From: an uncultured Thermoplasmata archaeon
Lineage (GTDB): Archaea; Thermoplasmatota; Thermoplasmata; Lutacidiplasmatales; UBA184
Assembly: GCA_963809035.1 (NCBI GenBank)
Contig: CAWEHV010000002.1
Location: 2,240,361-2,304,360 of the forward strand
Direction of reading: 5' to 3'
DNA length: 64,000 nucleotides
The notes beneath the pieces are model-generated. The model was not told the origin of the DNA. It ran no database searches and saw nothing but the letters and a program-made list of their open reading frames with translations. Of this stretch, positions 35,947 to 48,529 are shown in pieces (positions within the stretch are counted from its first letter, which is position 1; the number at the start of each line of letters is the position of its first letter). The position numbers and the translations under genes are program-made.

Positions 35947-37236
35947 TCAGAACGCAAACCTCCGAATCGCGGGGAGGAGCAGCGACGCGACCGCCGCCGC
36001 GCCGTACACGAGGGCGACGATCGTGGCGAGGGAGCTCGGTACGATCTGGGCGGCCAGAACCCCAAGCACGACCGCGCCCACCGCGCCGGCCGCGCCCCGG
36101 AAGACGTAGAGATTGCTCGTGACCCGGGCCAGACGGTTCTCCGGAACGTATCCCCACAGGAACGTCCCGCTCCCCGACAGGTACCCGCTGACACCGGCGC
36201 CGGCGAAGAACCATGCGGCCGCGGCCAAGGGGAGGGACGGGGGGAAGACGCCGGTCAAGTACAGCGCGAACGCACTGAGGGACAGTGCCGCAACGATCAC
36301 CACCCCGACCCGACGTCGGGGATTGGAGTGCCCGAGCAGGAGGTCGACCGCTACCCCTCCGACGACGAACGACGTGAACAAGAGACCGTAGGCAAGCCCG
36401 GGATTCGCGAAGGAGTGGTTCGCATCGAGGGTGATGAGCAGAGCCGGGGCCGCCGAGAAGAACCCCGAGACCGCGCCGAGCGCACCGAGCTGAAGGAGCG
36501 GACGGCCCTCGGGAGTCGTGAGGTACCGCCACCCTTCGACGAAGCCGGCCGTGTATTCCCGCTCCGTCGCCGACCCGCCCCGTAAGGGCACGAGGGCGGC
36601 GAGAAGGGTCGCCAGCACGAGCAGCCCGGCGTAGAGGTACCCGCTCCCGACCGCCCCCGAGACCAGGATAAGGCTCGCGCCGGCCGCGTACCCTCCCACC
36701 TGGACGCCCGAGCCCAACGCGCTCGCCAACCCTTGCCCGGCGAACAGCTCGTCCTTCGAGAGGAGCGTGCGTGGCGCGACCTGGAAGACCGCCCACTCGA
36801 AGTCCCACGCGACGGAGAGGATGGCCACGAGAGCGAGGAGCAGGCCGAGATGGAGCTCGCCGCGGGACGCGGTATAGGCGAGGACACCGGCCGCGACCGC
36901 CTGGATCGGGTAACCGATGAGAAAGATCACCCGCTTGTCAGCCGCCCGATCGACGAGCGGCGCGATGAGGAAGGTGAGGGCGTACACGCCGAGCTCGAGA
37001 AAAAGGACGAGTCCGACCACGAGGAAGGAGCCGGAGTTGAGGTAGGCGATCCACGGAATCGAGATGCTATAGACCGCATACCCGGTCGAGGAGAGTATGG
37101 CCGAGCCCTCGTAGAGAAGGAATCGTCGGTTCCGCAGCACGGTCCGATACCCGCCGGGAGGGCTCGGCGCGGCGGGGGAGCCGACCACGACCGCGGGCCG
37201 CTCCGGGAAGATGTCGGGACCGGAGCTAGGACTCAT
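35947..37236 (-). CDS. MFS transporter
   Basis: About 12 TM helices, with an MFS loop motif LIAPLVDRAADKRVI. Start taken at ATG 37236 (an alternative is 37290). Confidence 0.8.
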   Translation of the reverse strand: MSPSSGPDIFPERPAVVVGSPAAPSPPGGYRTVLRNRRFLLYEGSAILSSTGYAVYSISIPWIAYLNSGSFLVVGLVLFLELGVYALTFLIAPLVDRAADKRVIFLIGYPIQAVAAGVLAYTASRGELHLGLLLALVAILSVAWDFEWAVFQVAPRTLLSKDELFAGQGLASALGSGVQVGGYAAGASLILVSGAVGSGYLYAGLLVLATLLAALVPLRGGSATEREYTAGFVEGWRYLTTPEGRPLLQLGALGAVSGFFSAAPALLITLDANHSFANPGLAYGLLFTSFVVGGVAVDLLLGHSNPRRRVGVVIVAALSLSAFALYLTGVFPPSLPLAAAAWFFAGAGVSGYLSGSGTFLWGYVPENRLARVTSNLYVFRGAAGAVGAVVLGVLAAQIVPSSLATIVALVYGAAAVASLLLPAIRRFAF

Positions 37237-37383
37237 CGGCTCCCGGCCACCCCGCGGTTGACGGCCGGCATCCTTCCGGCAACCGACCATCCGCTAATAT
37301 GGGGTGCTCCGCTGGGAGCGGCCGGAGGACGAACCCGGTTGGCCGAGGCGACGCCGACCGTCCTGCCGACCCCCCTTCCCGAG

Positions 37384-38760
37384 GTGCCGCGCCGCACGCG
37401 GGTCCTCCGGTACTTGCTCGCCTGGCTCTCAGGCGCGCTCCCCGCCTTCGCCGTGATCACGGCGCTGTGGCTCTTCCCGAGCGACTTCCACGGGGTCGGG
37501 GAGATCTCTCTGGGCGCCTTCGCCCTCATGTTCCCGGTCGCCGTCCGGGAGCTGCGCGTCCCGCGCCGGATCGGCTTCATCTATTTCCTCCTCGGTGCGG
37601 GGATGGTCTTCTCCATCGGTTCCATCTTGACCGGCGCCGCCAACGGGTTGACCGACGAACCGTTCACGACACCGCGATACGTCGGCCTGCTCTTCGCGCA
37701 CCAGGACCCGTACCTCGTCCCCCTCGTTTTCAACTACGTCCAGTACGGCCAGGTGTTCCGCTCCCAATCGATCTACCTCTACGGCCCCCTGCTGATGTTC
37801 TTCCAGATCCCGGGCCTCGATTACAAGTGGTTCGCCGTCGGATGCTGGGGGATCATGGTCCTCCTCGTCCGGAAGCGGTTCGACGTCGCGGTCATGCTCG
37901 CCCAGCCGTACGTCGCGATCATGGCCGCGAGCGGCTACAACGACCTGGTCGTCCTTGTGTTCATGACCCTCGCCTTCGTCGGGTACGAAGGGCGGCGGCA
38001 GAAGTGGGCCGAGTGGCTGTCGCTCGGGTTGAAACAGTTCGCGAACCTGCTCATCCTCGTCTACTACATCTTCCGCCGCGACTGGCGGAACACCCTCCTC
38101 ACCGCCGGCATCAGCGCGGCGTTCATCCTTCCGTTCCTTCTCTGGAGCGGCCCGGGGGTCCTGTGCCCCGCGATCCTCGCGGACCGGCTCCCGAGCTGCA
38201 GCGGAGGGAGCGCTCCCAGCTACCTGCTCAACTACTCGGTCTGGGTCGTCTGGGCGGTCGCGATCTTCTACCCCTCGTTCGTGGACCTCCTCCGCCGAGG
38301 GGCTGTGACGGGCCGCTGGAACCGCCTGCTGGCCCGCGCCGGGCTCCGGTTTGACGACCTTCTGCGCCTGCCCGCGTTCATCGTCGTCGGGATCTCCGGT
38401 GTGTTCGTCAACCTGTGCGTGTTCACCCTCCTCGGGGTCCGCTTCGGTCACGCGACCTCCGTCACGCTGCTCGCGAGCGTCGCCGCCTTCGGCGTCGCGA
38501 TGGTCTGGAACTTCACCTGGAACCGCTCCTGGGCGTTCCAAGGGCGGGGGGACCGTTCGACCGCCTACCACCTCACCGTCTACGGAGCCATCCAGGCCGT
38601 TGCGCTCGGGGTCAACTTGGCCGTCCTCGCGCTCGGGGTCGACCTCGGCATCAGCCCACTCGACAGCCAGCTCGTCGGCGTCCTTTTGGGAAGCGTGATC
38701 GGGTACGTCGCGAACCTCCGATGGAATTTCCGCGCGGTCCGGCCGCAGCCGCAGGCCTGA
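37384..38760 (+). CDS. Polytopic membrane protein: GT-C-like N-terminal domain fused to C-terminal GtrA-like domain (start GTG 37384 or TTG 37339)
   Basis: C-terminal ~130 aa match the GtrA pattern (FIVVGISGVFVNLCVF..., WNFTWNRSWAF, ANLRWNF). The N-terminal ~320 aa are paralogous to 42719..43795 (NGLTDEPFTTP, GLDYKWFAVG, SLGLKQFANL). Confidence 0.65.
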   Translation: MPRRTRVLRYLLAWLSGALPAFAVITALWLFPSDFHGVGEISLGAFALMFPVAVRELRVPRRIGFIYFLLGAGMVFSIGSILTGAANGLTDEPFTTPRYVGLLFAHQDPYLVPLVFNYVQYGQVFRSQSIYLYGPLLMFFQIPGLDYKWFAVGCWGIMVLLVRKRFDVAVMLAQPYVAIMAASGYNDLVVLVFMTLAFVGYEGRRQKWAEWLSLGLKQFANLLILVYYIFRRDWRNTLLTAGISAAFILPFLLWSGPGVLCPAILADRLPSCSGGSAPSYLLNYSVWVVWAVAIFYPSFVDLLRRGAVTGRWNRLLARAGLRFDDLLRLPAFIVVGISGVFVNLCVFTLLGVRFGHATSVTLLASVAAFGVAMVWNFTWNRSWAFQGRGDRSTAYHLTVYGAIQAVALGVNLAVLALGVDLGISPLDSQLVGVLLGSVIGYVANLRWNFRAVRPQPQA

Positions 38761-38799
38761 GCTGGGCGCCCGCGGCCGCCGAAGCCGACGCCCTCGACC

Positions 38800-40188
38800 C
38801 TAGGACTTCTTCAGCGCCGCGACGAGCTGGCCGACCGCCGCTTGAGCATCCCCATAGAGCATCCGCGTGTTCTCCTTGTAGAACAGGTCGTTCTCGATGC
38901 CGGCGAACCCCTTGCCTTGGCCCCGCTTGATCACGATCACGTTGTGGGCCTGGTCGACGTCGAGGATCGGCATCCCGAACAGCGCGCTACCCTGGCGATG
39001 GGCGGCCGGGTTCACGACGTCGTTCGCCCCGATGACGAGCGCCACGTCGACGGTGGGGAACTCCGAATTGATCTCATCCCGGTCGAACAGCTTATCGTAG
39101 GAGATCCCGGCCTCCGCGAGGAGGACGTTCATGTGCCCGGGCATCCGGCCCGCGACCGGGTGGATCGCGAACTTGACCGTCACGCCCTTCGACTCGAGCA
39201 GGTCGGCGAGCTCCTTGACCTTCTGCTGGGCTTGGGCGACCGCCATCCCGTAGCCGGGGACGATGATCACCTCGTTGGCATACGCCATCTCGACCGCCGC
39301 GCTTTCCGCGTCGATCGGCTTCATCGACCCCTGCATGGTCGTCCCGGTCTCCTCCGTGGCCCCGAACGCGCCGAAGAGGACGTTCCCGACGGATCGGTTC
39401 ATTGCCTTGGCCATGAGGAGGGTGAGGAGCGAGCCCGCGGCGCCGACCAAGGTGCCCGCGATCACGAGCGCGTAGCCGGCATCGCCGAGGGGCCCGTTGA
39501 CGAGCGCGAAGCCGTCGAGGGCGACCGCAATCCCGGTGAAGGCGTTGAAGAGGCTGATGACGACCGGCATGTCGGCCCCGCCGATCGGGAGCGCGAAGAG
39601 GATGCCGAACAGGAGCAGCAGGACGAAGAACGGCAGCAGCCAGAAGGTCTGGACCGTGTAGGCGGCGTACCCCCCGAAGGCGAGGGCGACCGCGAGCACG
39701 GTCAGGTTCAACGGTTGCTGGACGGGGAAGACGATTGGCTTCGACCGGAGCCATCCCTGGAGCTTGAGGAACGCGATGATGCTCCCCGCGATCGAGACGG
39801 ACCCGATGATCGCCCCGGCGAGGCTCAATCCGGCGGTGACGGGATTCCCGAGTGCGACGAGGAGTTCCACGGCGGCGATCGCCCCGGCGGCCCCGCCGCC
39901 CATCCCGTTGAAGATCGCGACCATCTGGGGCATGGCGGTCATCTGGACCACCCGGGCCCAGTACCAGCCCGCGAGGCCTCCGATGATGACGCCGAGCGCG
40001 ATGAGCCCGAAGTTCGAGATGCCGGGGAGCAGGACCGTGACCGCGACCGCGACGAGCATCGCGACGCCGGCGAGCACGATGCCGCGCCGGGCGGTCGTGG
40101 GCGAACTCATCGAGCGGAGGCCGAGGACAAAGACCAGGATCGCGAGGACGTAGACCCCGTCGACCAGGGGGGTCTGCCAGGCGATCAC
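38800..40188 (-). CDS. pntB: NAD(P) transhydrogenase subunit beta
   Basis: 462 aa with an N-terminal TM domain and a dIII domain (VIIVPGYGMAVAQAQ, HPVAGRMPGHMNVLLAEA, IGANDVVNP). Confidence 0.92.
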   Translation of the reverse strand: MIAWQTPLVDGVYVLAILVFVLGLRSMSSPTTARRGIVLAGVAMLVAVAVTVLLPGISNFGLIALGVIIGGLAGWYWARVVQMTAMPQMVAIFNGMGGGAAGAIAAVELLVALGNPVTAGLSLAGAIIGSVSIAGSIIAFLKLQGWLRSKPIVFPVQQPLNLTVLAVALAFGGYAAYTVQTFWLLPFFVLLLLFGILFALPIGGADMPVVISLFNAFTGIAVALDGFALVNGPLGDAGYALVIAGTLVGAAGSLLTLLMAKAMNRSVGNVLFGAFGATEETGTTMQGSMKPIDAESAAVEMAYANEVIIVPGYGMAVAQAQQKVKELADLLESKGVTVKFAIHPVAGRMPGHMNVLLAEAGISYDKLFDRDEINSEFPTVDVALVIGANDVVNPAAHRQGSALFGMPILDVDQAHNVIVIKRGQGKGFAGIENDLFYKENTRMLYGDAQAAVGQLVAALKKS

Positions 40189-40487
40189 GGTGGGCCTCCC
40201 TTCTTCTTCGAACGGTCGAACATCGCGAGGATCCGCTCCGTCACGACGTATCCGCCCGTGACGTTCATCGCGCCCATGATGACCGCGACCAGGCCGATCG
40301 CCTCTTCCAGCGAGGTCGTCGCGAGGCCGAGGACGACGATCCCTCCGACCAGCACGATCCCGTGTATGAAGTTCGAGCCCGACATCAGGGGCGTGTGGAG
40401 GAGCACGGGGACTCGGCTGATGACCTCGTACCCGACAAACGCCGTCAGGATGGCGATGTAGAACGCCGTCCAGAGGTCAGCCGTCAT
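40185..40487 (-). CDS. pntA: NAD(P) transhydrogenase alpha subunit part 2 (membrane piece)
   Basis: From ATG 40487: MTADLWTAFYIAILTAFVGYEVISRVPVLLHTPLMSGSNFIHGIV.... 4-nt overlap with pntB. Confidence 0.85.
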   Translation of the reverse strand: MTADLWTAFYIAILTAFVGYEVISRVPVLLHTPLMSGSNFIHGIVLVGGIVVLGLATTSLEEAIGLVAVIMGAMNVTGGYVVTERILAMFDRSKKKGGPP

Positions 40488-40494
40488 CGAGAGC

Positions 40495-41635
40495 TCACTT
40501 GGCTCCGGCGAGCGCGTCCCGCGTCGGAACGTGGAGGACCTCACCGTTCCGGGTCAGGAGGCTCGCGGTCAGGATCTCGTCCGTGAAGTCGGTCAATAGG
40601 TTACCCTGAGGACCCACCAGGAGCTTCAGGAACGCTTCGACGTTCTTCGCGAACATCTGGCTCGCGTGGTAGGGTAGCTGGCTCGGAAGGTTGAGGGGCC
40701 CGACGATCCTCACACCGTTGACCTCGACCGTCTCGCCCGGCTTGGTCAGCTCGACGTTCCCGCCGGACTCGGCCGCGAGGTCGATGATGACCGCGCCCGG
40801 CCGCATGCGAGCGACCATCTCCTTCCGGACGAGCAAGGGGGCGCGTCGCCCCGGCACGTTGGCGGTCGTGATCACGATGTCCGCCTCCGCGACGGCTTTC
40901 GCGAGCATCTCGGCCTCTTGCTTCTTCTCGTCGTCCGTAAGCTCCCGGGCGTAGCCCCCCGAACCTTCGGCGTTGATCTGGAGTTCCAGGAACTTCGCCC
41001 CGAGGCTGCGGACCTGCTCGCCCGCCGCGCGCCGGACGTCGTACGCCTCGACGATCGCACCGAGCCGCTTGGAGGTCGCGATCGCCATCAAGCCGGCGAG
41101 CGCCGGCTCCGAGGATCAGGACGCGCGCCGGACGGACGGTGCCCGCCGCGGTGGTGAGCATGGGGAGGAACTTCGGACAGAGGTCGGCGCCGATGAGGGC
41201 CGCCCGGTACCCCGCGACGGTCGCCTGGGAGGAGAGGACGTCCATGCTTTGCGCCCGGGTGATCCGGGGAAGCAGCTCGAGGGCGAAGGAGGTGATCTTC
41301 TGGTCGCGCATCTTGGCGACCTTGTCGAGGTTACGGTTCGCGTTCATCAAGGCCACGACCACCGTTCCGGGCCGCATCGCGGTGGTCTCCTCGGCCGTGG
41401 GGATCTGGACCTTCACGATCACGTCCGCCCCGCCCAGCAGGGCCGCACGCTTGGTCTCGAGCTTCGCGCCGGCCTGGGAGTACGCGGTGTCGGGGTACCG
41501 GGAGCTTTCCCCGGCGCCGGCTTCGACGACGACCTCGTAGCCCGCCTTCACCATACGAGGGATGACCTCGGGTGTGAGGGCGACCCGTGCCTCGCCCGGT
41601 GCGACCTCTTTCAGGACGGCGACGTGGAACGTCAC
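40495..41635 (-). pseudogene. pntA: NAD(P) transhydrogenase alpha subunit part 1 (dI), interrupted by a 1-nt frameshift near 41095-41102
   Basis: Track ORF 40601..41635 is good up to ...RVLILGAG, then turns to nonsense. ORF 40495..41091 resumes ...LMAIATSKRLGAIVEAYDVR... in another frame. The break falls inside the GxGxxG NAD-binding motif. Confidence 0.8.
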
Positions 41636-41727
41636 AGGAATCAGTCAGGTCGAACCCGGCGAGATTATACCCTTAGTGCTGCCCGGCCCGTTTCGCCGAG
41701 GAACGGGGTGGGGTCCGCAGGGGAGAT

Positions 41728-42690
41728 ATGGCCCGGACGCCTAAGATATCCTCATCAGGCACGGGACGGTCCCCGCGCGGGATGGCGAAGGGGCGGTCCC
41801 GTTCGTCGAAGCTTGACTGGCGGGACCGGATCGTTCAGGGGGACGCGCGGGAGGTCCTGCGCGGCCTTCCGTCGGAATCGGTCCAGCTCGCGATCACGAG
41901 TCCGCCGTACAACATTCGGATCCCCTACCGCGGGTACGAGGACGACCTCCCCCCCGACGAGTATCTTCGATGGTTGCGGGACGCATGGGCCGAGCTGCAT
42001 CGGGTGCTCGTGCCGGGGGGACGATTCGTCCTCAACGTCGCGCCTACCTCGATCAAGGATTTTCGACCGATCCACCACGACCTCTCGCGGGACCTTCGGG
42101 ACTTGGGCTACATCATGCGAACCGAGATCATCTGGTACAAGCAGACGATGGGCCGACGCACGGCGTGGGGGAGCTGGAAGAGCCCGTCGAACCCGCACAT
42201 CATCCCGTCGTGGGAATATGTCCTGGTCTTCTCCAAAGGCCAGTGGAAGCTCGAGGGGGACCCCCGCGCGGTGGACATCACCGCCCGGGAGTTCGAAACG
42301 TTCTCCGACGGCTTCTGGCACATCCCTCCCGAACGGAAGCGGCACGGGCACCCCGCCCCGTTCCCGGAGGAATTGATCGAGCGGATCGTGAAGTTCTACA
42401 GCTACCGGGAGAACGTCGTGCTCGACATGTTCGGAGGGACCGGCACGGTCGCATCGGTAGCCCGTCGCCTCGGACGGCACTACCTTCACATCGATTCCTC
42501 GGCCGAGTACTGCGAACAGGCCGCCGAAAGGGTGCGTCGCGCTGTCCCTCCCGCGGATGTCCCGATCCCGGCGCCCCGGCTCGAGCTGAACCCGACCCCC
42601 TCGCCTCCGCCCTCTCGATCGCGAAGGCAGACCCCCGCCCGGCCTCCGAGCGGGTCTCCCCGGGTCGCACCGGTCCCCGCGTCCCGGTGA
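41728..42690 (+). CDS. Beta-class N4-cytosine/N6-adenine DNA methyltransferase (N6_N4_Mtase family)
   Basis: Motif IV ITSPPYN precedes motif I VLDMFGGTGTVA (circularly permuted beta order). Pro/Ser/Arg-rich tail. Start uncertain (41728 or an internal ATG). Confidence 0.85.
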   Translation: MARTPKISSSGTGRSPRGMAKGRSRSSKLDWRDRIVQGDAREVLRGLPSESVQLAITSPPYNIRIPYRGYEDDLPPDEYLRWLRDAWAELHRVLVPGGRFVLNVAPTSIKDFRPIHHDLSRDLRDLGYIMRTEIIWYKQTMGRRTAWGSWKSPSNPHIIPSWEYVLVFSKGQWKLEGDPRAVDITAREFETFSDGFWHIPPERKRHGHPAPFPEELIERIVKFYSYRENVVLDMFGGTGTVASVARRLGRHYLHIDSSAEYCEQAAERVRRAVPPADVPIPAPRLELNPTPSPPPSRSRRQTPARPPSGSPRVAPVPASR

Positions 42691-42718
42691 CGTCGTTCGC
42701 GGGGCGACTCTGAACGCG

Positions 42719-43795
42719 ATGCCGGCAGAAACACCGAACCTGGCAGACTCCCCGGGCCCACCGGACTCGAGCTCCGGTTTCGTGCCCGACCGACCGCTCC
42801 TCTCTCGAGCCGTCCGGATCGTCGTGGTCACCGGGTTGAGCACGGTCCTGACGTTCGCGATCCTGTCCTTCTTGCTGCCGGGCTGGCCGGCAGGGATCCT
42901 GCTCCTGGTCGTGATCGTGGGCACGTTCCTTCTCGCGTACCACTGGGACCTCACCCGCGACCGCGCCTTCCTCGCGACGTGGGTCGGGATTTCGCTCGCG
43001 GTCGCAATCGTTTCGCTCGTCACCGGATGGCACAACGGCCTCACCGACGAGCCGTTCGTGACCCCGGCGTTCGCCCAGCTCTGGCCGAACCTGTACGGGG
43101 CTCCGATCTCGATCGTCTACAATCAATACGGCACGCAGCTCGCCCTCTCGAATCTGTACAACGTGTATCTTCCCGGTCTTGCGTTCGCCGAGATCCCGGG
43201 GATCAGCTACAAGTGGACGGCCCTCGCGGCGTGGGCCGGAAGCGTCTACCTCCTCCGACGCCGGGGGGATTCGACCGTGTTGTGGGGCGGCGCGTGGGTC
43301 GGCCTCATGGCGGCCAACGGGTTCAATGACTACGTACCGTTCCTCGCCCTGACGCTCACCTTCGTGACGCTCGTGGGGGCACCCTCCAAGCTCGCCGAGG
43401 TCGTTTCGCTCGGATTGAAGCAGTTCGCGAACCTGGTGGTCGTCGCGGTGCACTTGTACCATCGCCGCTGGCGGGACGCCCTGCTTGCCGTGGTGATCAC
43501 GGCGGCTATCCTGGCCCCGTTCGCCTACCTCGCTCCGGGCGGGGTCGTCTGCCACGTGCTCCTCATCCAGGCGGGAGCCTGCAGCCAGGGAGCGGGCTCG
43601 GCCCTGGGGGTCGGGTTCGTCCACCACCTCAATTACCTGCTCTGGCCGCTATTCGTTCTCGCGATCTTCGGTCCGAGCTACGTCCGCTCCCTCCGAGCCG
43701 CCGGGCCCGGAGGCCTCCGCGGCAGGGTCGGCGAGTTCCTTCGTCGCCGGTCCCGGCCCCACGGGAACGGACCGGCGCTCTCCACGCCGCCCTGA
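42719..43795 (+). CDS. Polytopic membrane protein, GT-C-like, paralog of the N-terminal domain of 37384..38760
   Basis: Shares NGLTDEPFVTP, GISYKWTALA, NGFNDYVPFLALTL and SLGLKQFANL with the other copy. About 9 TM helices. Confidence 0.65.
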   Translation: MPAETPNLADSPGPPDSSSGFVPDRPLLSRAVRIVVVTGLSTVLTFAILSFLLPGWPAGILLLVVIVGTFLLAYHWDLTRDRAFLATWVGISLAVAIVSLVTGWHNGLTDEPFVTPAFAQLWPNLYGAPISIVYNQYGTQLALSNLYNVYLPGLAFAEIPGISYKWTALAAWAGSVYLLRRRGDSTVLWGGAWVGLMAANGFNDYVPFLALTLTFVTLVGAPSKLAEVVSLGLKQFANLVVVAVHLYHRRWRDALLAVVITAAILAPFAYLAPGGVVCHVLLIQAGACSQGAGSALGVGFVHHLNYLLWPLFVLAIFGPSYVRSLRAAGPGGLRGRVGEFLRRRSRPHGNGPALSTPP

Positions 43796-43819
43796 GCCCG
43801 CGGTGGCGGGCCGGAAACC

Positions 43820-44593
43820 CTACGCCCCGGCCCCCGGGAGCGTCCAGGGCCCCAGGAGGCGTCGCTCGAGGTCCGTGGTCGCTCGGACGAGGAGGGGTTC
43901 GAGATTCACCGTATCGGCTCGGTTGTATCGGACGAGCTGGTCCAGGGCGGCCTGGCTGCCTCGTCGATACTCCTGCCAGAGTCGCACGGCGTCCAGGCCG
44001 TGGATCCCCTCCACTCCCGTACGGTCCCCGAGACCCAGACGCGCCTCGATCCGCTTCAGGCCACCCGCGAGACCGAGGCGATAGAACACGAACCGCAGGT
44101 CGATGTGGACCGGGGGAGCGACGAAGGAGGGAAAGCAGGCCTCGAGGAACGGGACGTCGAACCGTCGTCCGTTGAACGTGACGAGGATGGGGAATCGGCG
44201 TAGGTAGGCGGGGAGTTCCTCGAGATCCTCGCCCGCGATGAAGGAGCGGGTTCGCCCTCCCCCATGTACGGCGACGACCGTGACGATGCCGGCGTACGGG
44301 GAAAGGCCGGTCGTCTCGATGTCGAGGAAGGCGGTCCGTTCCGCGAATCGGGGGTACAGGCGCCAATGTTCGGCGTCGGGCAGACGACGGCCGAACCAGG
44401 CGGCGTCCCCCTCCGCGAGCGCCCGTTCGCTGGCGGCCAGCTCGCGCGCCAGGTTCTCCCGGGGAAGAGTTCGGATCGCCCCGCTCGGAAGTCGCTCCCC
44501 GAGGTCCTTCCAGTCCCGGATGCCCTCCTGCCAGAGGGCCGCTTCCGTGGCAGGTCCGATCCCGGGCAGATGCTGGAACGTGGCGCGAAGCAT
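43820..44593 (-). CDS. RNase H-fold (DnaQ-like) 3'-5' exonuclease-like protein with N-terminal helix-hairpin-helix
   Basis: LPGIGPATEAALWQEGI (HhH) and FLDIETTGL (Exo I-like D-x-E), with later FNGRRFDVPFL and YNRADT motifs. Confidence 0.6.
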   Translation of the reverse strand: MLRATFQHLPGIGPATEAALWQEGIRDWKDLGERLPSGAIRTLPRENLARELAASERALAEGDAAWFGRRLPDAEHWRLYPRFAERTAFLDIETTGLSPYAGIVTVVAVHGGGRTRSFIAGEDLEELPAYLRRFPILVTFNGRRFDVPFLEACFPSFVAPPVHIDLRFVFYRLGLAGGLKRIEARLGLGDRTGVEGIHGLDAVRLWQEYRRGSQAALDQLVRYNRADTVNLEPLLVRATTDLERRLLGPWTLPGAGA

Positions 44594-44665
44594 TCGGCCG
44601 CCGATTGGTTCGAACCATTAAGCCTAGCGCGACCGGGCCCCGGGTCCGACGGGTCCCGACACCGG

Positions 44666-45046
44666 CTACGGGCGCGGGTCGGCCCCCTCGACCGCGAGCG
44701 GTCCGAGGGGGGCGACGAGCTGCTTCACCGCCGCCCAGAAATCAGCGACCTGCTGCCGGGCGAGCCGACGGTCGTAGAGCGGCTGGCGGCATTCCGCCTC
44801 GAGCACCTCGGGGTCGTCGGCGTCCCACACGAGACGGACCACCCACGCTCCGCGCTCCTCCTCGTAGGCGTAGACGCGCTTTCTCGGGTCGGTCGTCACC
44901 GGGTTCGGGACCAGGATGTCCAGCGGAGGGTTCGGAGGCGGAGGGATACCGGGCGTGAGCATGATCACCGGCGGCGCGGGTGGGAGTTTCAGCCGGATCC
45001 AGGCGACGACCGGCCAGTGGGAGCGGGGCGCACCGAGGCTCGGCAC
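44666..45046 (-). CDS. Hypothetical protein
   Basis: 126-aa ORF with a coherent C-terminal half (YAYEEERGAWVVRLVWDADDPEVLEAECRQPLYDRRLARQQVADFWAAVKQL). No family recognised. Confidence 0.4.
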   Translation of the reverse strand: MPSLGAPRSHWPVVAWIRLKLPPAPPVIMLTPGIPPPPNPPLDILVPNPVTTDPRKRVYAYEEERGAWVVRLVWDADDPEVLEAECRQPLYDRRLARQQVADFWAAVKQLVAPLGPLAVEGADPRP

Positions 45047-45254
45047 GATCGAGGGGAACGGCGAGATGTATTGACGACAACGACCGGGACGAACCAGACA
45101 TCGAACGGTTCCCGGCCGCGCTCCCTCCGACGGGAGCGACCCGGGTTGAGAGGAGGGGTAACGGGACCCCGACCGGCGGTCGTGGCCCTCGCCCCGTCCT
45201 CAAAACTTCACACGCGTTCTGTTTAACTGCCAAACGCCGCTAGCTTACGTAGCT

Positions 45255-48195
<2,941 letters not shown>

Positions 48196-48443
48196 ACAAG
48201 CGTCCAGAACGCGTGTGATCGGCGTCATCGGCCCCTCCACCGGGTCGGTGGCGGGCCTAGCCCTTCCCCGAGGAGGCCATGGCCTCAGCGGGTGCACATA
48301 CCGACCGAACAGCTTCGCCGTGGCGCGGCTCGGGTCCAACCGTGGCGTTCTATTTAACGGTCGTCGGGCCAGAATTTCCGTGGGACCGACCTCTTCCGGT
48401 CGCCCTCGGTAGCCCCTGAGCGCTCCGGGTCTACCGCGCCGCC

Positions 48444-48491
48444 CCGTCTCACTTCTACCCGAGGATAAAGAAGCGTCGGAATCCCTATTAC
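48444..48491 (+). promoter_or_regulatory. Conserved upstream element copy 1 (CCGTCTCACTT ... TATTAC) before surface-protein gene 1
   Basis: CTCACTT box ~83 nt and an A/T hexamer ~44 nt before ATG 48530. The same layout occurs before paralogs 2, 3 and the remnant. Confidence 0.4.
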
Positions 48492-48529
48492 ACTCATCGA
48501 ACAGAATTTTCGCTGCCTAGGTCCAGTGG

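Noticed and set aside
33435-38760. Integrated element next to tRNA-Val
   Set aside because: No integrase, transposase, direct repeat of the tRNA 3' end or compositional shift is present. The neighbours are ordinary metabolic and transport genes.
38842-40461. 539-aa (+) ORF antisense to pntB/pntA
   Set aside because: It is antisense to clear transhydrogenase genes, with Asp/Arg/Glu/Gly-rich nonsense composition.
45047-45250. Possible 5S rRNA or tRNA downstream of the 23S gene
   Set aside because: I read both strands and found no 5S-like helix pattern or tRNA cloverleaf (no T-loop GTTCGAATC-type motif with flanking stems).
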